From the human T2T-CHM13v2.0 reference genome, Homo sapiens: a DNA stretch of 64,000 nucleotides. Each line of letters opens with the position of its first letter. Positions within the stretch are counted from its first letter, which is position 1. The notes under the pieces were generated by a model. It made no database searches and was not told where the DNA came from. It was given only the letters and a program-made list of their open reading frames with translations. A program made the position numbers and the translations under genes. Positions 13,025 through 30,319 of the stretch are shown here, piece by piece. The stretch is from assembly GCF_009914755.1 (NCBI RefSeq), contig NC_060933.1; one strand, 5' to 3'.

Positions 13025-13175
13025 CTTTTTAAAAGTCAGTTTTGATGACATAAAATATACATACAATACATTTTAATGAATATGGTCATATAACCATTAC
13101 CCCAAACAAGATATATAATATTTCTGAATATTTCCCCATCCTAGAAACATTTCTTCTTCTTTGCAGATATTCCCT
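13025..13175 (-). mobile_element. Old L1 (L1ME-like) 3' terminus
   Basis: T-rich start, then ACATAAAATATACATACAATA...TATAACCATTACCCCAAACAAGATATATAATATTTC...CCTAGAAA, typical of an L1ME 3' end. Confidence 0.6.
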
Positions 13176-13567
13176 ATTACTGACTGAGTTGTTCCCTCGA
13201 AATTAGTATGTTGAAACAATGCAACTGTATTTAGAAGTAGGGGCTTTAGAGAGCTAATGAACTTTAAATGAGATCAGCATGGTGATCTCATTTAAAGTTT
13301 GGATCAGCAAGGTGATCTCATTTAAATAAAAAGAGGAAGAGATTCTAGAGATCGTTCTCTCTCTATGGGTGCACAGAGGATAGGTCATGTGAAGACTCAA
13401 TGAAAAGGTGGCCATCTACACACCAGGAAGAGGGATTTCACCAGAAACCAAACCTGATGACACCTTTATCTTAGAATTCTAGTCTCGACAATAAGAAAAC
13501 AAATTTCTGTTGTTTAAGATACTCAGTATGTGCTATTCTATTGTGGCAGCCCAAGCAAACTAATACA
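13176..13567 (+). mobile_element. MLT1A solo LTR
   Basis: GCACAGAGGATAGGTCATGTGAAGAC...GGTGGCCATCTAC...CACCAGAAACCAAACCTG...AAATTTCTGTTGTTTAAG...GGCAGCCCAAGCAAACTAATACA terminus. Confidence 0.88.
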
Positions 13568-13599
13568 ATCTCCCTCTCTCACTATCAATTTCTACCTTC

Positions 13600-13995
13600 A
13601 GTTTTTGTCATGAGAACCTAATGATGACTCATGTAGAAGCATTTCTGAGTTATTGTGGACTCTCCTTGACTCTGAGTTTCACAGGGATCCTAAGCTAACC
13701 TGTTAGACCACATTTCTCTTCAAGAATTCATTAAAATTTTGCTATTTTTTTCTTACCTGTTTTTACAGTAGATATTACATCTTCCCAAGCTCTGCTAATG
13801 GTAAAACTATCAGGAAAAGCAATATATTATCTCTCCTCAGAGAAGTTTGTTATCATTTAGAATTCAGTTCACTTGGTGACCTTTCTGTTTTCAGCTCTCC
13901 GAGTTCAGGAAAAGTTATAAATGTCTATTATTCAGCTTTATCCTATTATAGAAATGGCATTATGTTGTAGCTTCTACATCTAACTGAAAGCAATA
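13600..13995 (-). mobile_element. Old L1 (L1ME/L1M4-5-like) 5' UTR terminus
   Basis: TTCAGCTCTCCGAGTTCAGGAAAAGTTAT...TTCAGCTTT...GCTTCTACATCTAACTGAAAGC resembles the reverse complement of old L1M 5' ends. Confidence 0.5.
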
Positions 13996-14401
13996 CCCCT
14001 TTGCTCCTTTAAAAACTCCTTACCAGCTTGAAAAACTGCTCTGAGACCTCTATATTTTCTCTAAATTCCCACATGAGAATATTGAGAAGTTGCTTGATAT
14101 ACTTCTCCCTTATATTTTATCACAGGCATTCAGAAGAAGAAAGGTAACACCTTCCATATTCTTCATAGAAATTTCTACCCTCATCAGTTCATGTTGTACT
14201 TGTTTTATTTTTAACCTTACTGCAGCAAACAATTTTGCCAAACTTTCTTTCTCTTCAGAAATCACATTTTTCCTTATTTTTCACCTTAAACTTTTACTCA
14301 CAGCTTCCTTGAGGCCAGATTGAGCCTGCTGCTCAATCCCAAAACCAAAGTGACTCATTTTAGTTTTTTGTTAAAGCAGAACCAGATTCCAGTGCTAAAC
14401 T
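13996..14401 (-). mobile_element. MLT1-int, second part, abutting the 5' LTR
   Basis: CCCAAAACCAAAGTGACTCATTTTAGTTTTTTGTTAAAGCAGAACCAGATTCCAGTGCTAAACTC|TG is the typical MaLR internal/LTR junction. Confidence 0.65.
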
Positions 14402-14914
14402 CTGTTTTAGTTGTCTATTGTTGCATGGCAAAATATTTCCAAACTCAATAACTTCAAACAATAATCATTTTTAATATCTCTCAAAATCTGTGGGTCAGGA
14501 TTTCTAGCAGGTTTTTTGGCTGTTGAATGTCCCGCTCCATGGAGTATCAATGAAGGTCACTCAGCAGTGGGGTTGGTCTGGAGCATTCCAGTGAGCTTGT
14601 CTCCCAGGTATAACACCTTGAGGTTTATGAGTAGAAGGATTGGCTCATCTGGAAACAAGCATCAGATCACTTAGCCATGGCCCCTATATATAGCAGCTTC
14701 AGAGTAGCTGTAACTCTAAAATGGAGAGCTCAGGACTCCACGGGCCAGTGTTCGAACAAACATGGTGAAAGTTGCATGACATTTTAAGATATAACGTAAA
14801 AATTGCATAGTGTCTATTAGTAAAAGCAATCTGAAGCTCATCCACATTTAAGGGAATGGGACTTTAATGTTTTTTTATGGGAGAATTATAAAAAAAATAG
14901 TGGCCATGTTTAAA

Positions 14915-14915
<1 letters not shown>
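14402..14915 (-). mobile_element. MLT1H-like LTR (5' LTR), followed by (CA)n to about 14940
   Basis: TGTTTTAGTTGTCTATTGTTGCAT...TCTGTGGGTCAGGATTT...GGTCTGGAG...GTGGCCATGTTTAAAACAC. Confidence 0.78.
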
Positions 14916-14945
<30 letters not shown>

Positions 14946-15393
14946 TAAAGGGAAAAATTGTATTGCCCTCTCCCCAGAATTATTAGTAATGTATCCACAC
15001 CTAGCTAATTTATTTGTTTATGTAGATATGTGAATTTAGGAAAACCTATATTGTAAGGCACACTATTGCTTTGTGGAATAGCACTTCACACAGACACCAG
15101 TTATATCTTATCCTCCCCCATCTCAGTGTATGGAACTGCCTTAGAGAGTCTCATATTTGCCAGGTTATAAGCATCAGCATGGGGTACTTCCTGAGAATAC
15201 ATTATTTACTGAAATTGAATTTTCAGAAAAACATCTAGGAAAAATGCCATTTTCTTTTCTTAAAAAGTATTTTTTTCTTTTGGTGACACATGAGTATAAT
15301 TTAAAAAGTAAAATAGTACTAAAATATTATAAAATACAGTAGCTACACAGTACCTCCTCCTTCTTTTGAGTATTATACTCAAGAGATAAACAC

Positions 15394-15882
15394 TGTGCAA
15401 TATAATTTTTAAAAATGCTATCTTGACCTAGTTTTGAGGCACTGGCTAGAAGCTCATAAATTCTCCTTCTTGTGCAGCCAATTAAGTACACATTCCCAAC
15501 CACCTTTCTTATCTGGCTGTCACACCCTGAGCCACTGTACTTCTGCCCTAAAAGCCCCAGGGTTAGCTACCAGATAACCAGGGGCAGCCTCTGTGCCCCG
15601 AAACCCACTAAAATTATTTAAATTAGCTAATCTGACACCTGCTTGCCCTGCTTTGCCCTCTCCTTCCCACAGAAATTACAATGAAGGCGCTAGCCCACAG
15701 TTGCCTCCCACTCCGCAACCCCCATGACCAACCCAGTGCTTCTCGAGTGACCCTGCATCCTGTGCTGTGTTCTCTCAAGGGGAACTGTGAGTGTAACAAC
15801 ACTGCTAAATTCTTTCTGATTTACCTCCCTTGATCTGAGTCTGGCTTCACCATACCTCACCCAAGGTAATATTGTTAAAACA
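15394..15882 (+). mobile_element. MER74-group ERVL solo LTR
   Basis: TG...CA ends; CCCAACCACCTTTCTTATC, AAATTATTTAAATTAGCTAATC, GGGAACTGTGAGT and CACCATACCT...TTAAAACA. Confidence 0.75.
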
Positions 15883-15889
15883 TACTCCC

Positions 15890-16580
15890 TTTAAACACTT
15901 TTTTATCCTGCTTCTAATATTTATTTTCATATTTCTCAAAAATATGTTTATGCTGCTTTCATCTGATTATTCTTCTTTATAATTATATATTTTCTTTCAT
16001 TGTGGAAGTTGAAAATTTAGACTTAGACACACTTTCTGCTTTCCCTCTCTCCAGCCTCCCAGTATAGTTACATACATTTTTTCATTAATTCACTATTTAG
16101 CATTTATCACACATGTATAAATAATTTTAGTTGCTCAGTAAAGGACTAGAATATTATCGCATATACTTTTTTTTAAAATGATTTTTTTTCTTTCCCTTCA
16201 GTTTATTTACTTACTTCATTTTCAAGGTACTTATAACCTATTATTCCCAAATGTTCCAACAACAAATCTAAAAAACAAACAAACAAAACTTTTGAATACT
16301 CTTTTGCTCATGGGTATGTATGAGTTCTTTAAATTTGAGAAATTTACTTTGTTCTCTCTTATGTAGATTTCATATTTTCTCTTTCTTAGCCACTTCTCCT
16401 GTTCCAGTGGTTCGTATTCTCCTATACCTGTTTCAGAAGAAAAATGTATGGGACATTAAATTTTAGACTTTCAATCACTGAAAAGCTCTTCATTTTACTC
16501 TAAAACTTGTCTGACATTTTTCTGGGTCTAGAAGTCTAGAATGACAAGAAGTTTTTGTCAAAAAATTTAAAGTGTATATT
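15890..16580 (-). mobile_element. Very old L1M/HAL1-like fragment
   Basis: CTGAAAAGCTCTTCATTTTACTCT...TTTTCTGGGTCTAGAAGTCTAG resembles the antisense ORF1 3' region; heavily diverged. Confidence 0.4.
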
Positions 16581-16776
16581 TTTTATGTTCAGCTAAATAT
16601 AAATATTTCAAATTATATTTTGGCATGACATTATTGTGTTAATATTTTCAAAATGTATAATAAAACATACACACACTCACACATACACATATATAGAGAG
16701 AAAGAGAAAGTGAGTGTCAAAAAAGAAAAGAACATTACTAAAATGAGCAATAATAAGCAGTACAAATAATAGCAAA

Positions 16777-16899
16777 TATGTATTTGCTAATAACACATGC
16801 AAAGATGTATGTGCACACACTCAAAATCTCTAATTTATATATATTTGCTAGTAACACATGCAAAGCTGTATGCACACACTCTCAAAAATCTCTGATTTT
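16777..16899. repeat. 61-bp tandem duplication, 2 copies
   Basis: TATTTGCTA(A/G)TAACACATGCAAAG(A/C)TGTATG...CAAAATCTCT starts at 16781 and again at 16842. Confidence 0.9.
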
Positions 16900-17479
16900 G
16901 TGAGAGTAAATCTCACCCAAGAATTGTCTTACTGAAATATTCTGTGAACCTGTCAGTAGCTATTCCATTTCATTCCACAACATAACAAAAAGAGCAAAAG
17001 GAGAGAAGAAATATCACTTAACAATCAATAAAACATAAACTCTCTGTCTCCAGCATAAGCAGTAAGAGCTCTACAATAATCGCTCTTTCTGTGTGACATA
17101 GGAGGGAGTTCAAAGGAGATTGGTCAGTAATACTTATTTATCTTGTGGATCACACTGACATTGTAAATTCTTAAAATTAACTTTTGATGTGCTAATGATT
17201 AATTGATAAAGAGTCTACAATAAGCTTAATGTCTTAATATGTACAATTTTATTTCAGTGGATGACTCAATTAAATATTTGCAGATTGGAGAATTTTTAAA
17301 CAGGTGACTTGGAACTGACAAAAGTATACCATCCACTTTCTGTATTCCTTTAGCAATTTGCTTGTGATTCCTAAAGAATGCACCATCTTTCATTGTAACG
17401 ATTTGTATAACTGCAGGTCTGCTACCACATACTGGGAACAATTTGCAGACAGAGATCTTTGTATAACTGGTTTGACTTT

Positions 17480-17552
17480 ACTTCCAGAAATGCATAGTCC
17501 CTGGCATAAAAATATGCTTAGTACATGCTAGATGAATAAGAAAATGAATGAA
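17480..17552 (+). mobile_element. L2 3' terminus
   Basis: CATAGTCCCTGGCATAAAAATATGCTTAGTACATGCTAGATGAATAAG...ATGAATGAA tail. Confidence 0.6.
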
Positions 17553-17639
17553 CATACTCTATTTTTGGGTGGATTTTACTTCCTTCCCAAATATTTTTTT
17601 CCTAGTATCTAAAATATGAATTCGAATGAGATCCTTGTT

Positions 17640-18010
17640 CAATAGTTGGATATCTATTGTAAGTGACAAAACCTCAATTCAAATAAATAAAGCAAGAGCC
17701 ATCTCAAAAAGAAAAAAAAAGATAAAACCAAGGACATAAAGACACTTTTTGTCACCTTATCTCTCTGGATGTGGGTTTCATTTTTCATATAGGCTATTGT
17801 CAAGATTCTAACTCACTACTACATTGTTACAAGCAGTTCTGAATTACATCTTTTCAATCAAAGCAAGAAGAAAACTTTTTTGTCATTACCAGTAAGAAAA
17901 GAAATAAAATAGTGAGAAATTTCTCTGATTGGTCTAGCTTTGTGAGTGAGCTTAGGCTGGGATCAAGAGTTCTTTCCAGAGTAATCTTTGGCCCATCCCA
18001 GGTCATATGT
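17640..18010 (-). mobile_element. Degraded old MLT1 (J-N-like) LTR
   Basis: ATTGTAAGTGACAAAACCTCAATTCAAA and CTCTGATTGGTCTAGCTT motifs. Confidence 0.4.
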
Positions 18011-19299
18011 TTAGAGTTTGTTCAAAGAGGCTAATGATGAACAAAAACACACAGACATGGCCAGGAAGGAATGGCTAGGTACAGAGTCATTTTAAATTTT
18101 CTTTATTCTGTCTGATAACCTTTACATTCAAAGACTTCAAGGTTCACAGATAAACTAAGAAGAAAACATGAGAGAAAAATTATGAGTGTTTTTCTTCACT
18201 TTTTTTTTTTTTTTTTACAACAACTCAGATTTAAACAAGTAAAGTAACTAACACGGTTGGCAGTAGGACTGAAGCTGTCAATAGTGAAAATAGTCATGGT
18301 CATCACTCAAATAAAAAATTACATGCTCAATGGAGAAATTACTAGAAATTGAATATTTCAGCAACACAAGATGCTGAAAATGTATCTCTCTCTTTATGTT
18401 TTCTTTTCCACATACGAAATGAGACTCGTTGGTGATTTGAAAACCTGTGGAAACAAAAAGTAAGCAGCTAAAATTTAAGAGTTTTGGAAAGGTCATCATT
18501 GGGATTTGGAAATTAAGGGTGATGAATACTAAGATATTGCTAGTGTAGGCACAGTTCACCAGTTCATGTAATCTTCCCATTCCCCAGGTTCCTGCCTGAT
18601 AATGGAAATAATTATATACAGCCCACAAGTAGTGGCAGGGATGAGGAGGAACAGAACTGGCATTTAGTATCAGCTTCTAAGTTAAATTTCATGAATACTT
18701 GAATATAGTTTATTCTCATAACTACCTGGATATAGTAATATCCCATTCAAGAAGTGAGAAAACTTTTTCAAAGAAACTGTATCTTATTAAAAGGTCACAC
18801 AGTAATTTGCAAAGACAGAACATAAATGCTGCCATATACACTTTTGAGAAAAGATATTTTAAAAACCACCTAGGTATATATAGAAGAGGACACCGTACCT
18901 TATTAACAATCTTGAACACAGGAAGAGAAATTTTGAATGGATATGTTCCTGAAACATACTGTTGTCAAATGCATGCCTCTTTATTTATAAGAGTAATATA
19001 ATAAATTTAAAGCCAACACTGGAAGTAAATGCATGATTTTTTTGCAAATTTCACATAAGCATGATTACTGGAAAAACACTAGAGTGATAATGAGAAAATG
19101 TTTTGCAATGATAACTTCTTTGTCATCTTTACTGTTTACAAAATAAGAAAGCACATTTGTAAACAAATCTGTAAACAATTCAGTGAACAATTAACATAAT
19201 TGTTTATCAGTCATATTTTGAAATTTTGAAGTAAACACTGATATTATTAGCTTGTTTTTATCTTCCAATAAGATAACCCTCCATGTTTTATCTAGGCAC

Positions 19300-19690
19300 A
19301 TGATTACCAATTTTCAGACTTTAATTCCTAGCTTGTCTTGCAGAAAAATACGGTCATTGTCATAGACACAACCTGTGGAATGTGCTAGAGGATATGTGTG
19401 TTCCTTTTAGGGAAACTTATCCTGAATTTCTTTCTTAATCTTTCCTGGGAGATGGAAGGTAGAGAAGGCAGTGGCTCACCTTCAATCCTTGGATGAGGAC
19501 AATACCCTAGAAAATGGCATTGTAAGAAGAATAATATAACTATGTTATGATAACCTGGGTCCCTGACAATCTTTGTTGAAGAGAACTTCCCTGACAGCTC
19601 AAACTGCTCAAAAACAACCACCTGCTATATGAAAGAAAAATAAATAATCTGTGTAAATGACAGTTCCAGCAACTTTACCTGGCACCTCAC
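19300..19690 (+). mobile_element. MLT1J/K-like LTR
   Basis: GGACAATACCCTAGAAAATGGCA...CCTGGGTCCCTGACAATC...GAAAGAAAAATAAA. Confidence 0.55.
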
Positions 19691-19877
19691 TAATAAAATA
19701 TCAATCATATTTTATTTTCTATTTCTTCTATTCCCCACTTGGCCCTCTTTCCACCACTTTTCTGGCAGCATATAAGTCATTCTCTGCTGACACCTAAGAA
19801 AAAAGATGTGCAAACTCAAATCAGGGAAAAGTAAATTTCTTCAGACTTTTACAAAGGCACCCTAGGAAGTTTATGAG

Positions 19878-20095
19878 AATAAGAATAGCTAACATTTGTA
19901 TACTTATTATGTGCCAAACAAGATTCTGGTTATATTTGGACATATCAAATTCTGTGAGGTAGATGCTATAATCATTTCTATTTGTCAAGTAAGAAAGCAA
20001 GTTGCAGAGTAGTAAAATAACAACTGCAAAGCTAGTAAGTGGGTATGTAGGTATTCAAGCCAGTCTGACTTTACAGTCTACGCTTTAGCTCATTC
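19878..20095 (-). mobile_element. MIR
   Basis: AATAGCTAACATTT...TTATTATGTGCCA...CTGTGAGGTAGATGCTAT...GCTAGTAAGTGG...ATTCAAGCCAGTCTGACT. Confidence 0.8.
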
Positions 20096-20719
20096 CTAAA
20101 AAAGAAATCTGAGTTTTAGGCAATAGACATGGGAGAATTCAGGTAAGAAACTAAAAATTCCTTCCCATGAGACTGGAAAAGAATTATTTTTATTGTAGAG
20201 AGTAATGAAATCTCAGACTTTAGTGGATCTGTAGAAACATTTCTGCTCAGTCTGTCATTCCACAGGCTTGTACATGTTAGCAAGGTGTGAGAACATCAGA
20301 ATTATACTAAATTGTAGTATTGGTGAGAGAGCTTTAAAACATGGCAGAGTATCTAAGAATTAGTAGAACAGAGAAGGAGCACCCCAAACCCTGGACATGT
20401 AGGGGATTTTGGAATGAAATTGAGGGATGACTAGCAGTATCTACATAAACCAACAGAGGACTAAAAAAAGCCCCAATCCTCAATAGTTGTTAGCCTATAT
20501 TATAGGATCCCCCCAAAATACTTATGAGTATTCTTTTCAACCAAGTTACTAACCATGCATGAGTTCCTAGAACTTAGACACAATCTTATAAAAAGGGAAA
20601 ATATAAATAAAATGACAGACATAATGTTTCTAACAATCTTACAAGATAGGAATTAAAGGGAAATAATTTGAGTTTATAAAATGCGATTACTACTCACTAC
20701 AGAAAACTTCCAATCATTT

Positions 20720-20850
20720 ATATTTGTAATGGGCTTTAAAAGTTATAAACATCTTTCATACAAATTATGTAAATAAATATAAACAATAGGCTAATTTAAC
20801 TGGGGGAAACTGAAACTCAAATTTGCCCAGGGTCTGATGGCTTGTATTAC
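20720..20850 (-). mobile_element. MIR fragment
   Basis: Core GGGGGAAACTGAAACTCA...TTGCCCAGGGTC. Confidence 0.45.
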
Positions 20851-20861
20851 AAGAACTATGC

Positions 20862-22816
20862 TATGTTAGTCCATTTTCATATTACAAAACCAATCACACC
20901 TTCCCAACAGTCTCCCAAAGTCTTAACTGATTTTAGCATTAACTCAAAAGTCCGAATCCAAAGTCCCATCTGAGACAAGACAAGTCCCTGCCAACTATGA
21001 ACCTGTAAAATCAAAAACAAGTTAGTTACTTCCAAGATATAATGGAGATACAGGCACTGGGCAAATGTTTCTGCTCAACATGGGAGTAACTGGCCAAGAC
21101 AAGGGGGCTACAAGCCCATGCAAGCCTGAAAGCCAGGCAGAAAGTCATTAAATCTTAAAGCTCCAAAATCTCTTTTGATGCCCTGGGCTCAAATCCAAGG
21201 CATGCTGATGCAAGGGGTGGGCTCCCACAGCCTTGGGAAGCAGTGCCCCTGTGGCTCCACTGGGTACAGGCCCTGCAGCTGCTTTCTCAGGCTGGAATTA
21301 AGTACCTGCAGCTTTTCCAGGCACATGATGCAAGCTGTCAGTGGATCTGCCTTTCTGATGGTGGCCCTATTCTCACAGGTCCACTAGGCAGTGTCTCAAT
21401 GGGGACTCTGTGTGGGGCCTCAAATCCCACATTTCCCTTCCACATTGCCCTAGTAGAAGTTCTTCATGAGGGCTCCATCCCTGCAGCAGACTTATGCCTG
21501 GACATCCAGGTATTTCCATACATTCTTTGAAATCTAGGCAGAGGCTCCCCAGCCTCAACTCTGGTATTCTATGCACCCATAGGTCCAACATCACATGGAA
21601 GCCACCAAGGCTTGGGACTTGCACCCAATGAAACAAGAGCATGAGCTGTACATTGGTACCTTTTAGACAGGGCTGGAGCTGGGGTGGCTGGGATGCAGGG
21701 CATGAAACCCCAGAGCTGCAGAGACTAGCAGGGCTCTGGGTCAAGCTCATGAAAATATTTTTCCCCTCCTACGCCTCTGAGTCTGTGATGGGAAGGGCTG
21801 CCTTGAAGATCTCTAACATGCCCTGGAGACATTTTTCCCCATTTTCTTGGCTATTAGCATTCAGCTCTTGGTTATTTATGCAAATTTCTGCAGGATTGAA
21901 TTTCTGCCCAGAAAATGTTCTTTTTTTTTTTTTTCTATCACATGGTCAGACTGAAAATTTTCCAAACCTTTATGCTCTGCTTTCCTTGTAAACATAAGTT
22001 CAAATTCCAAACCAACACTTTCTAAATGCACATAACTGAATGCTTTGAGAAGAAGCCAGGTCTCACCTTCAGTGCTTTGCTGCCTAGAAATTTCTGCTGG
22101 CAGATACCCTAAATCATCTCCCTCAAGTTAAAAGTGCCGCAGATCTCTAGGAAAGGGGAAAAATGCCACCAGTCTCTTTGCAAAAGCATAGCAAGAGTGA
22201 CCTTTGCTCCAGTTTCCAATAACTTTCTCATCTCCATCTAGACTACCTCAGTCTAGACTTCATTGTCCATATCACTATCAGCATTTTAATTAAAACCATT
22301 CAATAACTCTCTAGGAAGTTCCAAACTTTCCTAAATCTTTCTGTCTTCTTTTGCACCCTCTAAGCTGTTCAAACCTCCGCCTGTTACTCAGTTCCAAAGT
22401 CACTTCCACATTTTCAGGTATCTTTATAGAAGTACCCCACTATCCCAGCACCAATTGTCTGTATTAGTTCATTTACACACTGCTACAAAGACAATAAGTG
22501 AGACTTGGTAATTTACAAAGGAAAGAATTTTAATTAACTCACAGCTCCATATCCCTGGAATGGCCTCAGGAAACTTACAATAGTGGCAGAAGCCAAAGGG
22601 GAAGTAGTCTCCTTCTTCACAAGATGTCAGGAGAGAGGGAGAGCAAGCAAAGTGGAAATGATATTTTTAAATCATCAGATCTCATGAGAACTCACTATCA
22701 TGAGTACATCATGGGGGAACCCACTTCCATTCACCTCCCACCAGATCCCTCCCTTGACTAATGGAGATTACAATTGGAGATGAGATTTGGGTGGGGACAC
22801 AGAGCAAATCATATCA
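20862..22816 (-). mobile_element. THE1D-like MaLR provirus: 5' LTR intact (22459-22816), internal region, 3' LTR reduced to an about 25-bp stub
   Basis: LTR TGTATTAGTTCATTT...GAGATTTGGGTGGGGACACAGAGCAAATCATATCA; internal CCCAAAGTCTTAACT...CTGTAAAATCAAAAACAAGTTAGTTACTTCCAAGAT. Perfect 5-bp TSD TATGC at 20857-20861 and 22817-22821. Confidence 0.92.
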
Positions 22817-24301
22817 TATGCCAAGAATCTAAATGTTCTAATTTTAAGGTTACTATACAAGTTAAACAAATATTAAACATTAGGACACACACCTAAGGAA
22901 TGATTTGAAGTCTTTCATTTCTTAGATATTTTTAATTTATAAGTTTCATCTATCATTAATAATTTAATATAGTACTACATACTATCACAAAAATAGAATT
23001 TTTTGATCCCCTTTAAATATCTTGCAAATTATCATGCTAAAACAAGAATGGTGAAGAAAAAATGTTGTACAAAAATTCTGTGTCTGATTCAAATAGAGCT
23101 TTTAAATGCCATTAATCTTGGCTGTTATGTTTTGCTTTCTGTTTTTCTTATAATATGCCACATTTGCATATTGTACCTTTTAATATGTTATTTTTATTTT
23201 AGTTTTTACTCTCTGCAAAATTATTTCCAAAATTATAATGCAAAGAAAAAAATTGGTGGATAGGAGTCAGGACTAACTTGTAGCTCCCACTCGAATGAAC
23301 AGAGCAATGTGTGGAGACTCACATTGTTAAATTTTGCTCCAAGAACTACCACAGGAACATAACAAGAAAGCCGAGACAATCCACAGACCCTTTGAAGGAG
23401 GTGGATTGCAGATGTAGACTCTGTGGAACAGCTGACGAAGTGCGACTCTGCTTGCTTTCTCATCGGGTGGCTTATAGCCTGGAGCTAGATCTCAGCTCTG
23501 CTCACCAGCTGCCTGGAAATATACTTGGTACTGTTGTGGGGGCGCAGTGAGAGTGAGACTGATCTTTTGGGCTGCGAGCTGCATGAGAGCTAGGTGAGGC
23601 CTGTGGCTGCCAGCTTTCCCCCATTTTTCTTGCAACCTGTGTGACACAGCAGAGGCAGCCATAATCTCCCTGGGAACATATCTCTATTGGCCTTGGAGAC
23701 ACACCTCCAACCCCATAGCAGCTGCAACAAGCCCTGCCCAAGGAGAGTCTGAGCTCACACATGCCTATACCTGCACCCACCTGATGGTCTTACTCTACCT
23801 GCCCTGGTAGCTGAAGACAAAGGACATAATCTCTTGGGAGCTCTATGACCCCACCCACTGCTTGATCCAGGGGCAAGCTTGTATCCTTCCTATACTACTG
23901 CAGCTGATGCAGTCTTGAAAGCACAACCTCCTGGCTGGAGTCCAACCAACACAAAACCAGCACACTTAACACAAATACAACCAAGGACCCTCACAGAGTT
24001 CACTTCACTCCCCTGCTATCTTCACTGGAGCAGTTGCTGATATCTATGGCTGAGAGACCTGAAGACAGATCACGTTACAGGACTCTTTGCAGACACTCCG
24101 CAGTGCCATCCCAGAGCCTGGTAGCTACATTGGGTGGCTAGATCCAGAAGAGAAATAACGATCACTTCAGTTTGGCTCTCAAGAAACCCTATCCCTAGGG
24201 AAAAGGGAAGAGCAACAAATCAAGGGAGCACCTTGTGGGACAAAAGAATCTAAACAGGAGGCCTTGAGTCCCAGATCTTTCCTCTGACATAGCCTACCCA
24301 A

Positions 24302-29760
<5,459 letters not shown>

Positions 29761-30319
29761 CATGGGAGCTAAGCTATGAGGATGCAAAGGCATAAGAATG
29801 ATACAGTGGGGTTTGAGGTCTCAGGGAAAAGATTGGGAAGGGATTGAGGGATAAAAGACTATACATTGGATACAGTGTACACTGCTTGGGTACAGAAATC
29901 GCCACTGAAAACTTATTCTTATATAAATAAATAAAAAACAAAATTATGAAACAAAACTATAACTATTTAGTGAACAATGGAAAAGTTCTGGCTTTTACAG
30001 GGAATGATTTAAAGTTGTGTGGCTATCACCATTCTTTTTAATTTGACATTCTAACAAATATTTGGAAAAAAAGTAATCTTTTTCAGTATTACATTAATGA
30101 CTCCTAATTGTACCTCATGAGTAAAAACTGAATATTTTGCCTATCTTCAGTATCTAGGAGAATAAAACAAATCAGTAAACCATAATACTTCTGCAACTGT
30201 ATGATTGTTAATTTTTGAGATGTGTTTCATGTAAAATGTCAACCACTGTTATGCAAGTGAGCAAACATAAGTACCTTTAGAATAAATAGAAATAAACTGC
30301 TATTGATTGAAACTTGTAT

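Noticed and set aside
13260-16899. CRISPR-like repeats
   Set aside because: Only two-copy duplications without unique spacers, in a eukaryotic TE context with no cas genes.
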